Origin: a virus
Taxonomy: Duplodnaviria > Caudoviricetes
Length of the DNA stretch: 64,000 nt
Reading direction: 5' to 3' (one strand)
Virus record (IMG/VR): IMGVR_UViG_3300046678_000974
Location: 1 to 64,000 of that record
The notes beneath the pieces were generated by a model that had not been told where the DNA came from, made no database searches, and worked only from the letters and a program-made list of their open reading frames with translations. Both the position numbers and the translations under genes were made by a program. Below, in pieces: positions 47,339 through 55,560 of the stretch (positions are counted from its first letter, which is position 1; each line of letters begins with the position of its first letter).

Positions 47339-48010
47339 ATGGCTATCACAACTGCAATGGCGACCAGCTTCAAATCCGAACTGATGCAAGCCTCGCATTG
47401 TTTCAATGCACCCCCCGGTTCGGCGCCAACTGGTAACACCACCAGTGCCAGCACATCAGTGACCTCAGTCAGTTCACTAACCGGTATTTCCGTGGGTCAG
47501 AAGATCAGTGGCACTGGTATTCCGGTGAACACTGTAATCGCCGCATTGCCCTCCACAAGCAGTCTTACGCTTAGTATAGCTGCAACCGCTACCAATACCG
47601 GTACAACCTTTACTCTGGCAGGCGATGTATTCAACATAGCACTGATCAAGTCAGGCATGGCCGGTACCTATGGAGCAACTACTAGCAACTATAGCGCTGT
47701 TACTGGCAATAGTGATGAGGTGAGTGGTACTGGTTATACGGCTGGCGGATTGGCATTGGGTAATGTCACTCCAACCAATGATGGAGCCTCGGTTGCTTGG
47801 ACTAGCTTCAGCCCTAACCCCAGTTGGGCCGGCGCCACCTTCAGCACCGCAGGCTGCATCATCTATAGCACCTCAGCACGCAATGCAGGGGTCACTGGAC
47901 GTGCCATTTCCGTCCACGATTTCCAAGGTGTCCAATCAGTATCAAGCGGAACTTTGACAATTCTTATCCCTTCCGCAACGAATACTACGGCGTTGCTACG
48001 CCTGAGTTAG
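47339..48010 (+). CDS. conserved phage virion protein with ~70-aa insertion
   Basis: MAITTAMATSFKSEL...FNIAL...EVSGTGYTAGG...GCIIY..HDF is a widespread phage structural family. Confidence 0.75.
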   Translation: MAITTAMATSFKSELMQASHCFNAPPGSAPTGNTTSASTSVTSVSSLTGISVGQKISGTGIPVNTVIAALPSTSSLTLSIAATATNTGTTFTLAGDVFNIALIKSGMAGTYGATTSNYSAVTGNSDEVSGTGYTAGGLALGNVTPTNDGASVAWTSFSPNPSWAGATFSTAGCIIYSTSARNAGVTGRAISVHDFQGVQSVSSGTLTILIPSATNTTALLRLS

Positions 48011-48070
48011 ACTTCAGACGCAATGCTTGGCTCCTAGGCATGGCGAGTACGGCTCGGTGTTTGAAGTCTG

Positions 48071-48112
48071 GAGGGTAGATGAGTTTTCCTCCTGTCTCAT
48101 CTACCCTCTTTT
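48071..48112 (+). terminator. bidirectional intrinsic terminator
   Basis: GAGGGTAGATGAG / CTCATCTACCCTC, 13-bp stem plus TTTT, between convergent genes. Confidence 0.85.
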
Positions 48113-48329
48113 AATTTGGTAATGATCCCGTCTCATTGATGATTCGAGCCATCCGTATCTGATCCCGCATCAAGTTCACGATGCTGTCTAACAATTTGTT
48201 CTGAACTTCGGGGTCTTTATTCACCCCAATGATCAACATCAACATGGTGGAGATCATTGCCGATATCGTATCATCAAAACGACTACCATTGATCGCAGCA
48301 CTCAGTTTGCCACAGAGTTCATCGTCCAT
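48111..48329 (-). CDS. small helical hypothetical protein
   Basis: Part of a coupled string of short ORFs. Confidence 0.6.
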   Translation of the reverse strand: MDDELCGKLSAAINGSRFDDTISAMISTMLMLIIGVNKDPEVQNKLLDSIVNLMRDQIRMARIINETGSLPN

Positions 48330-48574
48330 CAGTTGGTTCTCATTTCACGAATGCGTCTGATCTTCAACTTAATATGCTCCATCAACATCTCCAGTAACTG
48401 ATAGGGATTGTCAAAGTCAGCCAAGAGATTGCTGATCAAGTTGGATAGGGTCTGCCAGTTGTCATGACCAGCATCCTTCACCTTTTCAAGTTCACTATAG
48501 ATGTTCAGGATCGCTCGCTTCTCAATCTCAGCAATCTCTGGTGGAACAGGTCGAAATATCGAATCGTCTGTCAT
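48329..48574 (-). CDS. small helical hypothetical protein
   Basis: AAGGA RBS; 1-nt overlap with the next gene. Confidence 0.6.
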   Translation of the reverse strand: MTDDSIFRPVPPEIAEIEKRAILNIYSELEKVKDAGHDNWQTLSNLISNLLADFDNPYQLLEMLMEHIKLKIRRIREMRTN

Positions 48575-48575
48575 G

Positions 48576-48842
48576 TTATTTCCTTTCCAAGCGGTCTAAT
48601 GCCGCTTCAAGTTGCCAATCTTCATATCCCGGTATAAAACTACCGTCCCTTTTTTCGATCAGGATACCATATCCCATCGCAGTATAGCGTGCAAAGTTAG
48701 CCATCAATTGCTGCGACCCGTCGTTCCAACCTACGGAGCTTACGACGGGCGCGGATTCGCGCGTGGGTTTCTGGTTTAGCATAGGCATAGCGTTCGACAA
48801 GGCTTCGGTAGGCTCTATGTTCTTGATGATAATCTTTGGCAT
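48576..48842 (-). CDS. hypothetical protein
   Basis: AAGGG RBS; overlaps the 3' end of 48697-49110 in another frame. Confidence 0.5.
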   Translation of the reverse strand: MPKIIIKNIEPTEALSNAMPMLNQKPTRESAPVVSSVGWNDGSQQLMANFARYTAMGYGILIEKRDGSFIPGYEDWQLEAALDRLERK

Positions 48843-49110
48843 ACTGTAGTGCCCTTTTCTTATTCGCTCTCGTTGATTCGATCACTGAATTGATCTGACA
48901 TATCTTACACCGTGATTGATAACCAGACTTGCTGAGTTGGTAACGATGGAAATCGCGACATTCTTTTACCACCCCACACATTGAACACGTCTTAAGCTTA
49001 TCCTCCGGCCATGCCGGCTTCTTTCTCGGTGTCAATGGACGTCCAACAGCCTTGGGCTTGAAGCCAAAGGGCATCTCATACTTGATCGCTCGCCTAGGTT
49101 TACCAATCAT
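48697..49110 (-). CDS. Zn-finger protein resembling the N-terminal part of HNH/endonuclease VII-type homing nucleases
   Basis: KTCSMCGVVKECRDF...YQSRCKIC; no nuclease motif is seen downstream. Confidence 0.6.
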   Translation of the reverse strand: MIGKPRRAIKYEMPFGFKPKAVGRPLTPRKKPAWPEDKLKTCSMCGVVKECRDFHRYQLSKSGYQSRCKICQINSVIESTRANKKRALQYAKDYHQEHRAYRSLVERYAYAKPETHARIRARRKLRRLERRVAAIDG

Positions 49111-49215
49111 GATAAAAAATCCCTAAAATACCCCCCTATTTAGCATAATCACCGTTACGAAAATAAATACAGGGTCAACCCATCAAGGCTTGACGCCATA
49201 ATAAGGACAAGAAAC

Positions 49216-49626
49216 ATGGCAAGACCCAGAACACGACCAGACACTCTTACTGTTCAACATGACCGGCAGCGTGATACTAATCGATATTATGATACCGATC
49301 CATTTGATGGTTGGGCCAAGACGGCGTTGAATAACGCACGCCGTCGGGCGCGATTGAAAGGCTTGGCCTGCACCATCACAGTGGAAGATGTTAAACAAGC
49401 TGCCAAACATGTGACCCATTGCCCAATCTCTGGTGTTGAGTTGCTCTACGCACGTGGTTATGGTCTGCGAGCCAATTCAGCCAGCATCGATCGCTTCGAC
49501 AATACTTCTGATTATACCCCAGAAACCATCGCAGTGATCTCCATGCGGGCTAATGCCATCAAAGGCAATTGTAGCATCGATGAGATGATTGCCATCGGTG
49601 ATTACGCCAAGCTACGCAAGCTGTAA
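49216..49626 (+). CDS. putative HNH-type endonuclease
   Basis: ARRRAR.KG...TIT, CPISG, SIDRFDN..DYTPETI.VIS.RAN.IK. Confidence 0.7.
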   Translation: MARPRTRPDTLTVQHDRQRDTNRYYDTDPFDGWAKTALNNARRRARLKGLACTITVEDVKQAAKHVTHCPISGVELLYARGYGLRANSASIDRFDNTSDYTPETIAVISMRANAIKGNCSIDEMIAIGDYAKLRKL

Positions 49627-50610
49627 CTTTTTAGGGTTCAACCGCAGTGCCGTTCCAGCCATCGATAATGCCGCCTTTCGATCACCCAAATGCAGGTACG
49701 CAATGCCTGCCAGATCATATGGCCCCTCATTGTTGGCATAGCGATCAGCCATATAGGCAGTCGTGGGCGGTACTGCGGTCGCCCGTAAACAGAGATCAAT
49801 ACAAGCATGAACATTCGCTTGGTTTAAACAGTACTTCGCCGCTGCTACATACGAATCCCGCGATCCATCTTCTAATGTCGCCCGCATAAACCATTCATAT
49901 GCCTTCGCTTCACCCAATAAAGCATAGGCTTGCGCAATATATCGCATTGAACTTGCGCGTTCTGCCGCCCATAATGCAGTCTTCATCTTGAGATGATGCT
50001 GCAAGGCCGTGATCGCTTCACCATATCGCTGCATCATGAAATATTCCCGTCCCAGATAGTGCGCACTACGATCATCATCAGGGTCTTCCCGCACCGCCAT
50101 CTCTAACAGGTCGATATAGTGTCGGTTTTTTGTCGCATCAGGATGATGCTCAATCAGTATCTCATCACATCGACCCATCTGCTCTAATCCTCTCGCCACC
50201 AAAGTCTCATGTACCGGATGCTTCCAGCGGTGGGAGAATCGACCGACAATCTTATCAGTCCAGAATGTTACCTCGGGTGACCACACATAGCCATATTGCA
50301 ACCGATTGCCAGTCCATGATCTCTCCAATAACTCACGCCAACCAGGTACCAGTACCTCATCCATGTCAAGCGAAACCACCACATCACACTCCGGTAACAG
50401 AGCTAAGGCAGCATTGCGAGCATCATCAAACCGAAATGGACTAATACGGATTTGCTGATAGGCTATCCCATAGTCCGCTAAACGACTCATGGTGGCATCG
50501 GTCGAACCGGTGTCCACCACAAGCCGATGGTCAGCATCTTCCGTCGAGTTCGCCCAACGATCAACAAATCTCTCTTCGTTAAGCGCAATCGTATACACCG
50601 TGATTTTCAT
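49612..50610 (-). CDS. glycosyltransferase family 2 with TPR repeats
   Basis: IALNEE, VVDTGSTD, FDDARNAAL, LDMDE (DXD), HETL, then TPR-like YLGREYF...A...L. Confidence 0.9.
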   Translation of the reverse strand: MKITVYTIALNEERFVDRWANSTEDADHRLVVDTGSTDATMSRLADYGIAYQQIRISPFRFDDARNAALALLPECDVVVSLDMDEVLVPGWRELLERSWTGNRLQYGYVWSPEVTFWTDKIVGRFSHRWKHPVHETLVARGLEQMGRCDEILIEHHPDATKNRHYIDLLEMAVREDPDDDRSAHYLGREYFMMQRYGEAITALQHHLKMKTALWAAERASSMRYIAQAYALLGEAKAYEWFMRATLEDGSRDSYVAAAKYCLNQANVHACIDLCLRATAVPPTTAYMADRYANNEGPYDLAGIAYLHLGDRKAALSMAGTALRLNPKKLQLA

Positions 50611-50647
50611 CTATAGGGTTCTTTATATCTTGATACCTCTATATAGC

Positions 50648-50965
50648 CTACTTTCGCTTATAAAGACGATCCAGCTTAAAGATGCGCTCAAGTTCCTTGT
50701 GTGCCGAATTGGGGTCTTGCGGTACCCACTTTTCAGCAATCTCTTCGTCCATAGTCCGGGGTTCACCCGGTGCCCAACCAAAGTCAGTTGGCCAATAGCC
50801 CGATGGAGGAAATGATGCGATACCCAAAATACCTCGCGCCCACATCGATGTCATGGACATCGTCTGTGATACGTAGTTGAGGAATCGCGTCGCTGAGTCT
50901 TCGTCACGTCCCTCGATATACAGAGTGCATACGCAGCGATATAGCTTCTCAGGCGGGATGGTCAT
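50648..50965 (-). CDS. hypothetical protein
   Basis: AAGGA RBS before MTIPPEK. Confidence 0.55.
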   Translation of the reverse strand: MTIPPEKLYRCVCTLYIEGRDEDSATRFLNYVSQTMSMTSMWARGILGIASFPPSGYWPTDFGWAPGEPRTMDEEIAEKWVPQDPNSAHKELERIFKLDRLYKRK

Positions 50966-51129
50966 TGAACAGGTTCCTTGTGACAAATCCATCACAGCAT
51001 GTTATACCAAACCTGTCAACCCCTAATGGTCCCTACCTTACAATCCGGATAAAACCTCGCGCCTATGCATAAATCATTTAGATGTCAAGATATAATGTGC
51101 TATATAGCTCAAGGCTTGGAGAAAATGCG

Positions 51130-51354
51130 ATGTGCGAAAAAGAGTTGACGATGAGGGAGATCAGCGAGAAATTGCTGGTTAGTATGCAAACCTTGCATAC
51201 ATGGCGAAAAGGTAGTCCATTACGCGATCCGCTAACCGCCAATCGACAGGAACGTGGCGCAGGCTTCGTGGTAACAATTTGTGAATGTAATTTGCTCGAT
51301 TATCTAGAAAAATATCGACCCGATCTCGTTCATCGTTGGCCAAATCAACCCTAA
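51130..51354 (+). CDS. helix-turn-helix DNA-binding protein (excisionase/MerR-like; possibly terminase small-subunit role)
   Basis: LTMREISEKLLVSMQTLHTWRK; GGAG RBS; directly upstream of terL. Confidence 0.6.
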   Translation: MCEKELTMREISEKLLVSMQTLHTWRKGSPLRDPLTANRQERGAGFVVTICECNLLDYLEKYRPDLVHRWPNQP

Positions 51355-51375
51355 AGCTGTCAACTTAAATAGGGG

Positions 51376-52644
51376 ATGGATGTTGTTATCCCCTATCGAC
51401 CTCGCCCTTGGGCACTGCGTGTGCACAATAATCTATCACGCTATCGCGTGCTCGTATGCCATAGGGCCGCTGGGAAAACCGTATTCGCAGTCAATGATCT
51501 CATTCGCGATGCGCTCACCGGCCCACCACAAGCACGTTATCTCTATATTCTTCCGCAACAGAATCAAGCCAAGCGCAGCGTGTGGGATATGCACGTGGAA
51601 AACTTCTGTCGCAAACTGCCCCAAATCCATATGCATCGTCAAAGTATGACAGTAACATTCCATAATGGTGCCAAACTACTGATTATGGGGTCAGACGATC
51701 CAGAAAACTTGAGAGGCTTGCACGTTCATGGTATTGTGCTCGATGAGGTCGATGATATGCATCCAGAGGTGTGGACTGTTGTCAGACCAACACTAATGAC
51801 TCATACCGGTAGATGTTGCTTTATCGGTACCCCGAAAGGCAAAAAACGACTGTACGACTATTATCAATGGGGACAAAATCCCGAGTATATCGAATGGACT
51901 TCAGAATTATTGACATGGCGGGATACCGGTGTGATTTCATCCGAAGAAATCGAATCTCTGAGACAAGAGTTTTCCCCAGAAAAGTTCTCCCAAGAACTCG
52001 AATGTGACTTCGAATCAGCCAATGTTGGCGCGTACTATGGTCGTCAACTCACTGAACTCCGCGAACAAGGACGTATTAAATACTTCGATCCACCTCTCTA
52101 TCGCCCCGATCTCGAAGTTCATAGTTGTTGGGACTTGGGAATCAGAGACCATATGGCAGTCTGGTGGTATCAACTCGTAGGCGAAACGATCAATTTCATT
52201 GACTACGAAGAGGCGGGGTCGATGGGATTCCCTGAATGGGGCGCCATCTTCGAGAATAGAACCAAAGAATATGGCTACAGATATGGCGACTTCGTTGCCC
52301 CATTCGATATTCGCAATCGCGAGCTTGGTACCGGTATCAGTCGCGAAGAGTCTGGTGCGCAATTTGGCCTCTATTTCGTTCGATGCCCAGACCAAGGTGT
52401 GGCTGACGGGATCGAGTTAGTCAGACAAACCCTGCACAAATGCCAATTCGATCTAACACGCTGCGATAAAGGCGTCGAAGCCCTGCGTGCATATCGATCA
52501 AAACTCGATAATCAAGGCCACCCAGTCGGACCCCTACATGATTGGAGTTCTCATTCAGCAGATTCGTTGCGCTATGGAATCACTTGGATCGAACAGGTGG
52601 TCAATCGACCCGCCCCAATGCGTATGCCAATTCGACGTATGTAA
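51376..52644 (+). CDS. terL: terminase large subunit
   Basis: Walker A VCHRAAGKT, Walker B GIVLDE, motif III IGTPKG, nuclease WDLG and HDWSSHSADSLRY. TAAATA lies 4 nt before the ATG. Confidence 0.95.
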   Translation: MDVVIPYRPRPWALRVHNNLSRYRVLVCHRAAGKTVFAVNDLIRDALTGPPQARYLYILPQQNQAKRSVWDMHVENFCRKLPQIHMHRQSMTVTFHNGAKLLIMGSDDPENLRGLHVHGIVLDEVDDMHPEVWTVVRPTLMTHTGRCCFIGTPKGKKRLYDYYQWGQNPEYIEWTSELLTWRDTGVISSEEIESLRQEFSPEKFSQELECDFESANVGAYYGRQLTELREQGRIKYFDPPLYRPDLEVHSCWDLGIRDHMAVWWYQLVGETINFIDYEEAGSMGFPEWGAIFENRTKEYGYRYGDFVAPFDIRNRELGTGISREESGAQFGLYFVRCPDQGVADGIELVRQTLHKCQFDLTRCDKGVEALRAYRSKLDNQGHPVGPLHDWSSHSADSLRYGITWIEQVVNRPAPMRMPIRRM

Positions 52645-52650
52645 GGAGAT

Positions 52651-52851
52651 ATGATGGTTACTGAAAATTACCCGTGGACTGAAGTCATCTGCCAACAATG
52701 CAAACGCAAGTTTATGACCCCATTTCCACTATCAAGAAAATACTGTCACACAAATTGTAAAGTGTTGGCCCATCGCATCAAACACGGCGCCAAACCACGA
52801 GCACATCACAAGCTGGGAGAAATCACCGGCAAAGCTATACCGAACCGGTAA
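52651..52851 (+). CDS. small Zn-finger protein
   Basis: CQQC...YCHTNC; GGAG RBS. Confidence 0.65.
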   Translation: MMVTENYPWTEVICQQCKRKFMTPFPLSRKYCHTNCKVLAHRIKHGAKPRAHHKLGEITGKAIPNR

Positions 52852-53737
52852 TACCACTGGAATCTGCACCACCAACCACATCAACCACATCAGAGGATTC
52901 AATACCGGTGAAAAAGCTATGATCGTTCAATGTACCATGACCCAAGACCATCACAGGTACCACCTGCGCAGTGTCAGTCGGATATTCAAGTTCGTATAGT
53001 AAATCACGCTTCCATAGATTCTGCTTTTCGACTACATCATCAACCATAAAGCCAGCCCCAATCACTGGACCCGAACATGACCCGTCGTCAAAAAAGAATC
53101 GATCCAATCCCTGCAAGTTCGGATCAACCAATGAACAAAACTGATCTCGTAATCCCACCGTGGCCGTCCAAAATGTCACCCGCCAAATCCCACATTGACG
53201 GTGAACTTCACTCAACACATTCACGTCCATTCCAAGCGCCACACTTACCCGCTTATAGGTATTCAGGGTCAGAACTGGCCCCGTGGCAGATGCACCGGGA
53301 AACTGCCCAGCAAAATATGTCGCAATCGAAGCAGGGGTGTCTGTCGAGGATAACCGCATGGCTACACCAGCACTATTCCCATAAGCCACCGACATGACCT
53401 CGATATCACTGGCAAGACCTTCAAAGGTCACCGCGTTGCCAGCAATCGAAGCAAACATCGTCGGCGCAGGCACCCGCACCGGTTGATGCATGTGCTGCCG
53501 TAGAAACCGAGTTGTATTGCGCTGTCCCGGTTGGGAAAAGACCGTAATGTTGGTGATCGGCGGATTCGCTGCCAAGTCTTTGACCAGTTGCTGATCGACC
53601 GGCCAGCCCCTCATTAGCCGAAATGGCTGATTCAATGCATCACACATCCCAACAGCATAGGGCTGATAGGATGAACTCGTCAGTATCTTGGCAATCTCAC
53701 GAACGAATTGCGACTCAACAATCGATGCATCAGGCAA
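52835..53737 (-). CDS. tail terminator / neck completion protein
   Basis: Follows the head-closure genes; VDPNL...FFFDDGS...WKRDLLYELEYPT pattern; TTG start. Confidence 0.6.
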   Translation of the reverse strand: MPDASIVESQFVREIAKILTSSSYQPYAVGMCDALNQPFRLMRGWPVDQQLVKDLAANPPITNITVFSQPGQRNTTRFLRQHMHQPVRVPAPTMFASIAGNAVTFEGLASDIEVMSVAYGNSAGVAMRLSSTDTPASIATYFAGQFPGASATGPVLTLNTYKRVSVALGMDVNVLSEVHRQCGIWRVTFWTATVGLRDQFCSLVDPNLQGLDRFFFDDGSCSGPVIGAGFMVDDVVEKQNLWKRDLLYELEYPTDTAQVVPVMVLGHGTLNDHSFFTGIESSDVVDVVGGADSSGITGSV

Positions 53738-53746
53738 TGTGTTAAG

Positions 53747-53893
53747 TTATCCTCGTACCTTTTTTAAGCGTGGATTTTTCTTCTTCGCCGCTTTGCTCGC
53801 ATTGCGTGAAGCATTGGCTAATATCGCCCCAGCACTCTTCTTGCTGATGCCCTCTTTGCGGGCAATCTTGCCCTGTACACTACGAAAACTCAT
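53747..53893 (-). CDS. 48-aa Lys/Arg-rich basic protein (not in ORF track)
   Basis: Translated by hand: MSFRSVQGKIARKEGISKKSAGAILANASRNASKAAKKKNPRLKKVRG; fills the gap exactly. Confidence 0.75.
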   Translation of the reverse strand: MSFRSVQGKIARKEGISKKSAGAILANASRNASKAAKKKNPRLKKVRG

Positions 53894-53897
53894 CTCA

Positions 53898-54185
53898 TTA
53901 TCCCGCCGATACAGTCATTACACCCGAGTTCGACCATATACGACCAATCACATGCGGATCAGCCGTTGGCAAATTGGTCATACTGACCGAGGCATTCGTT
54001 AAACTGACCGTACCAGTCATACTGACTGCACCAGTCGCTGTCAGTCCACCAACTGTCGTGGTACCCGTGAATGTCGGACTAACCGGAGTGAAATTAACGC
54101 CACCAACAACAATAGTGTCAGTGTCGATACCTTGACGGACAATCAAGCCGTGATAGGATTTGTCGCTGGTGAAATATGTGGCCAT
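53898..54185 (-). CDS. small virion (head fibre-like) protein
   Basis: Perfect TATAAATA (54191-54198) 5 nt before MATYF; C-terminal LPTADPHVIGRIWSNSGVMTVSAG. Confidence 0.7.
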   Translation of the reverse strand: MATYFTSDKSYHGLIVRQGIDTDTIVVGGVNFTPVSPTFTGTTTVGGLTATGAVSMTGTVSLTNASVSMTNLPTADPHVIGRIWSNSGVMTVSAG

Positions 54186-54239
54186 ACAAATATTTATAGA
54201 GCCCACCCCATTCGATGGGAAATCAATATGGAATTAGGA

Positions 54240-54881
54240 CTAGGGTTGCTCCATCGCCATCGAGAAGTACCACCCTTCCTTCCCCAGTGATGGCATCGAC
54301 ACAACATAACGTCGTCCGAGTTCATCAATGATGACGTCATACTCTTCGATCATCACACCATCAGGCAATAATGGCGCATAACCAATCATCCATGGCGAGC
54401 GTACCGATCCCGGTGTATGCGCCTCATTCGTCTCGCCTTTGGTACCTGGACTAATCGCAATCGGCCAGCCCGTAATTTTCGTCACCGGTGTGGTATCACC
54501 ACCATAGCCATTGTCGATCGACCCAGATGGCTGAATCAAATTGATCGTCGCATCACAACGAGTCAATTCAGCCGGTCGTAATGGCTCAATCCATGCCACA
54601 AAGAAGATGTGCTGATCGTAATCCCACAAATAATCACCCACTTTGATCAAAGTAAGATCAAGTAGTGCATAATAATTCTGCTTGTTGTACTCAGATGGCT
54701 TCATAAAGCCAAAATGATAGTCCTGATCAAACGCCAGCGGCAATTCTTGCACAATGTTCTGATTGCGCAGAACTGGCCCAGTATCAAGCGGACGGAAAAC
54801 CACAAAGGTATGCCCAACTTTACTCGCCGCTATCGAATAGCCATGATTAACGTGCGATTGAATGATCGCTTCAGTAACCAT
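54240..54881 (-). CDS. head closure protein
   Basis: Directly after the adaptor; beta-rich; GWPIAI..GTKGE...W....P..P...I...D.I.DE.GRRY pattern. Confidence 0.65.
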   Translation of the reverse strand: MVTEAIIQSHVNHGYSIAASKVGHTFVVFRPLDTGPVLRNQNIVQELPLAFDQDYHFGFMKPSEYNKQNYYALLDLTLIKVGDYLWDYDQHIFFVAWIEPLRPAELTRCDATINLIQPSGSIDNGYGGDTTPVTKITGWPIAISPGTKGETNEAHTPGSVRSPWMIGYAPLLPDGVMIEEYDVIIDELGRRYVVSMPSLGKEGWYFSMAMEQP

Positions 54882-55292
54882 CTAGCGAACCATTCGCACC
54901 GATGAACCCGAACCCGAACTGTAGCGGAAAAATGGCCCCGGATCAAGCTGCATAAAAGCACACAATTGAACGCGATGGTAATTGAACAAATCCTGCCGAT
55001 CCCATGGTTCGTGATCATTGCGCGTCCAGACTGCCGCTTTCTCCGTATCGAGATTGCTGCGACTGACAAAGATGTCATTCTCCAATTGGTTCAGTTGAGG
55101 CAACATCTGACCCTGTAGCAACGCAATCTCATCATCGCTCAGATTGTTCATGCGGTACTCAAGCGTGTTGTACTCACTAAAATATTGCCAATACATCAGC
55201 GATCCACCACCCATACGCGTGTCACCCAAGGCGCCATAACCGCAAAAGCGTCTGATATCTACTTTGTCAGCCGAGGCGAGCGTAAGAGTCAT
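54882..55292 (-). CDS. head-tail adaptor protein
   Basis: KVDIRRFCGY...LEYRMNNLSDDE...NLDTEKAAVWTRN...LCAFM pattern of proteobacterial prophage adaptors. Confidence 0.7.
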   Translation of the reverse strand: MTLTLASADKVDIRRFCGYGALGDTRMGGGSLMYWQYFSEYNTLEYRMNNLSDDEIALLQGQMLPQLNQLENDIFVSRSNLDTEKAAVWTRNDHEPWDRQDLFNYHRVQLCAFMQLDPGPFFRYSSGSGSSVRMVR

Positions 55293-55537
55293 TCGACAAC
55301 CACAAAACTAGTGAACTTGCAGTCATGCAACATCTGAATCTCATCAGCAGAATCAACCACCTGACCAGCTTGCCACATGCGATTGACACCCTTCTTGTCA
55401 ATGAAACCCCACATCCGAGTCATCTTGATCTTGCTAGGTAGTTTCGGTTCTTCCTTGACAGGAACAGCCACATCCATTTTATCGTCTTTGATTTCCACCT
55501 TGGCAACACCAGCTACCGTCTTGGTTTCTGCTTCCAT
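55289..55537 (-). CDS. small head-associated hypothetical protein
   Basis: TAAATA (55558-55563) and AAGGG RBS; ATGA coupling to the adaptor gene. Confidence 0.65.
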   Translation of the reverse strand: MEAETKTVAGVAKVEIKDDKMDVAVPVKEEPKLPSKIKMTRMWGFIDKKGVNRMWQAGQVVDSADEIQMLHDCKFTSFVVVE

Positions 55538-55560
55538 CGTCAATCTTCCCTTTCTAGTAT

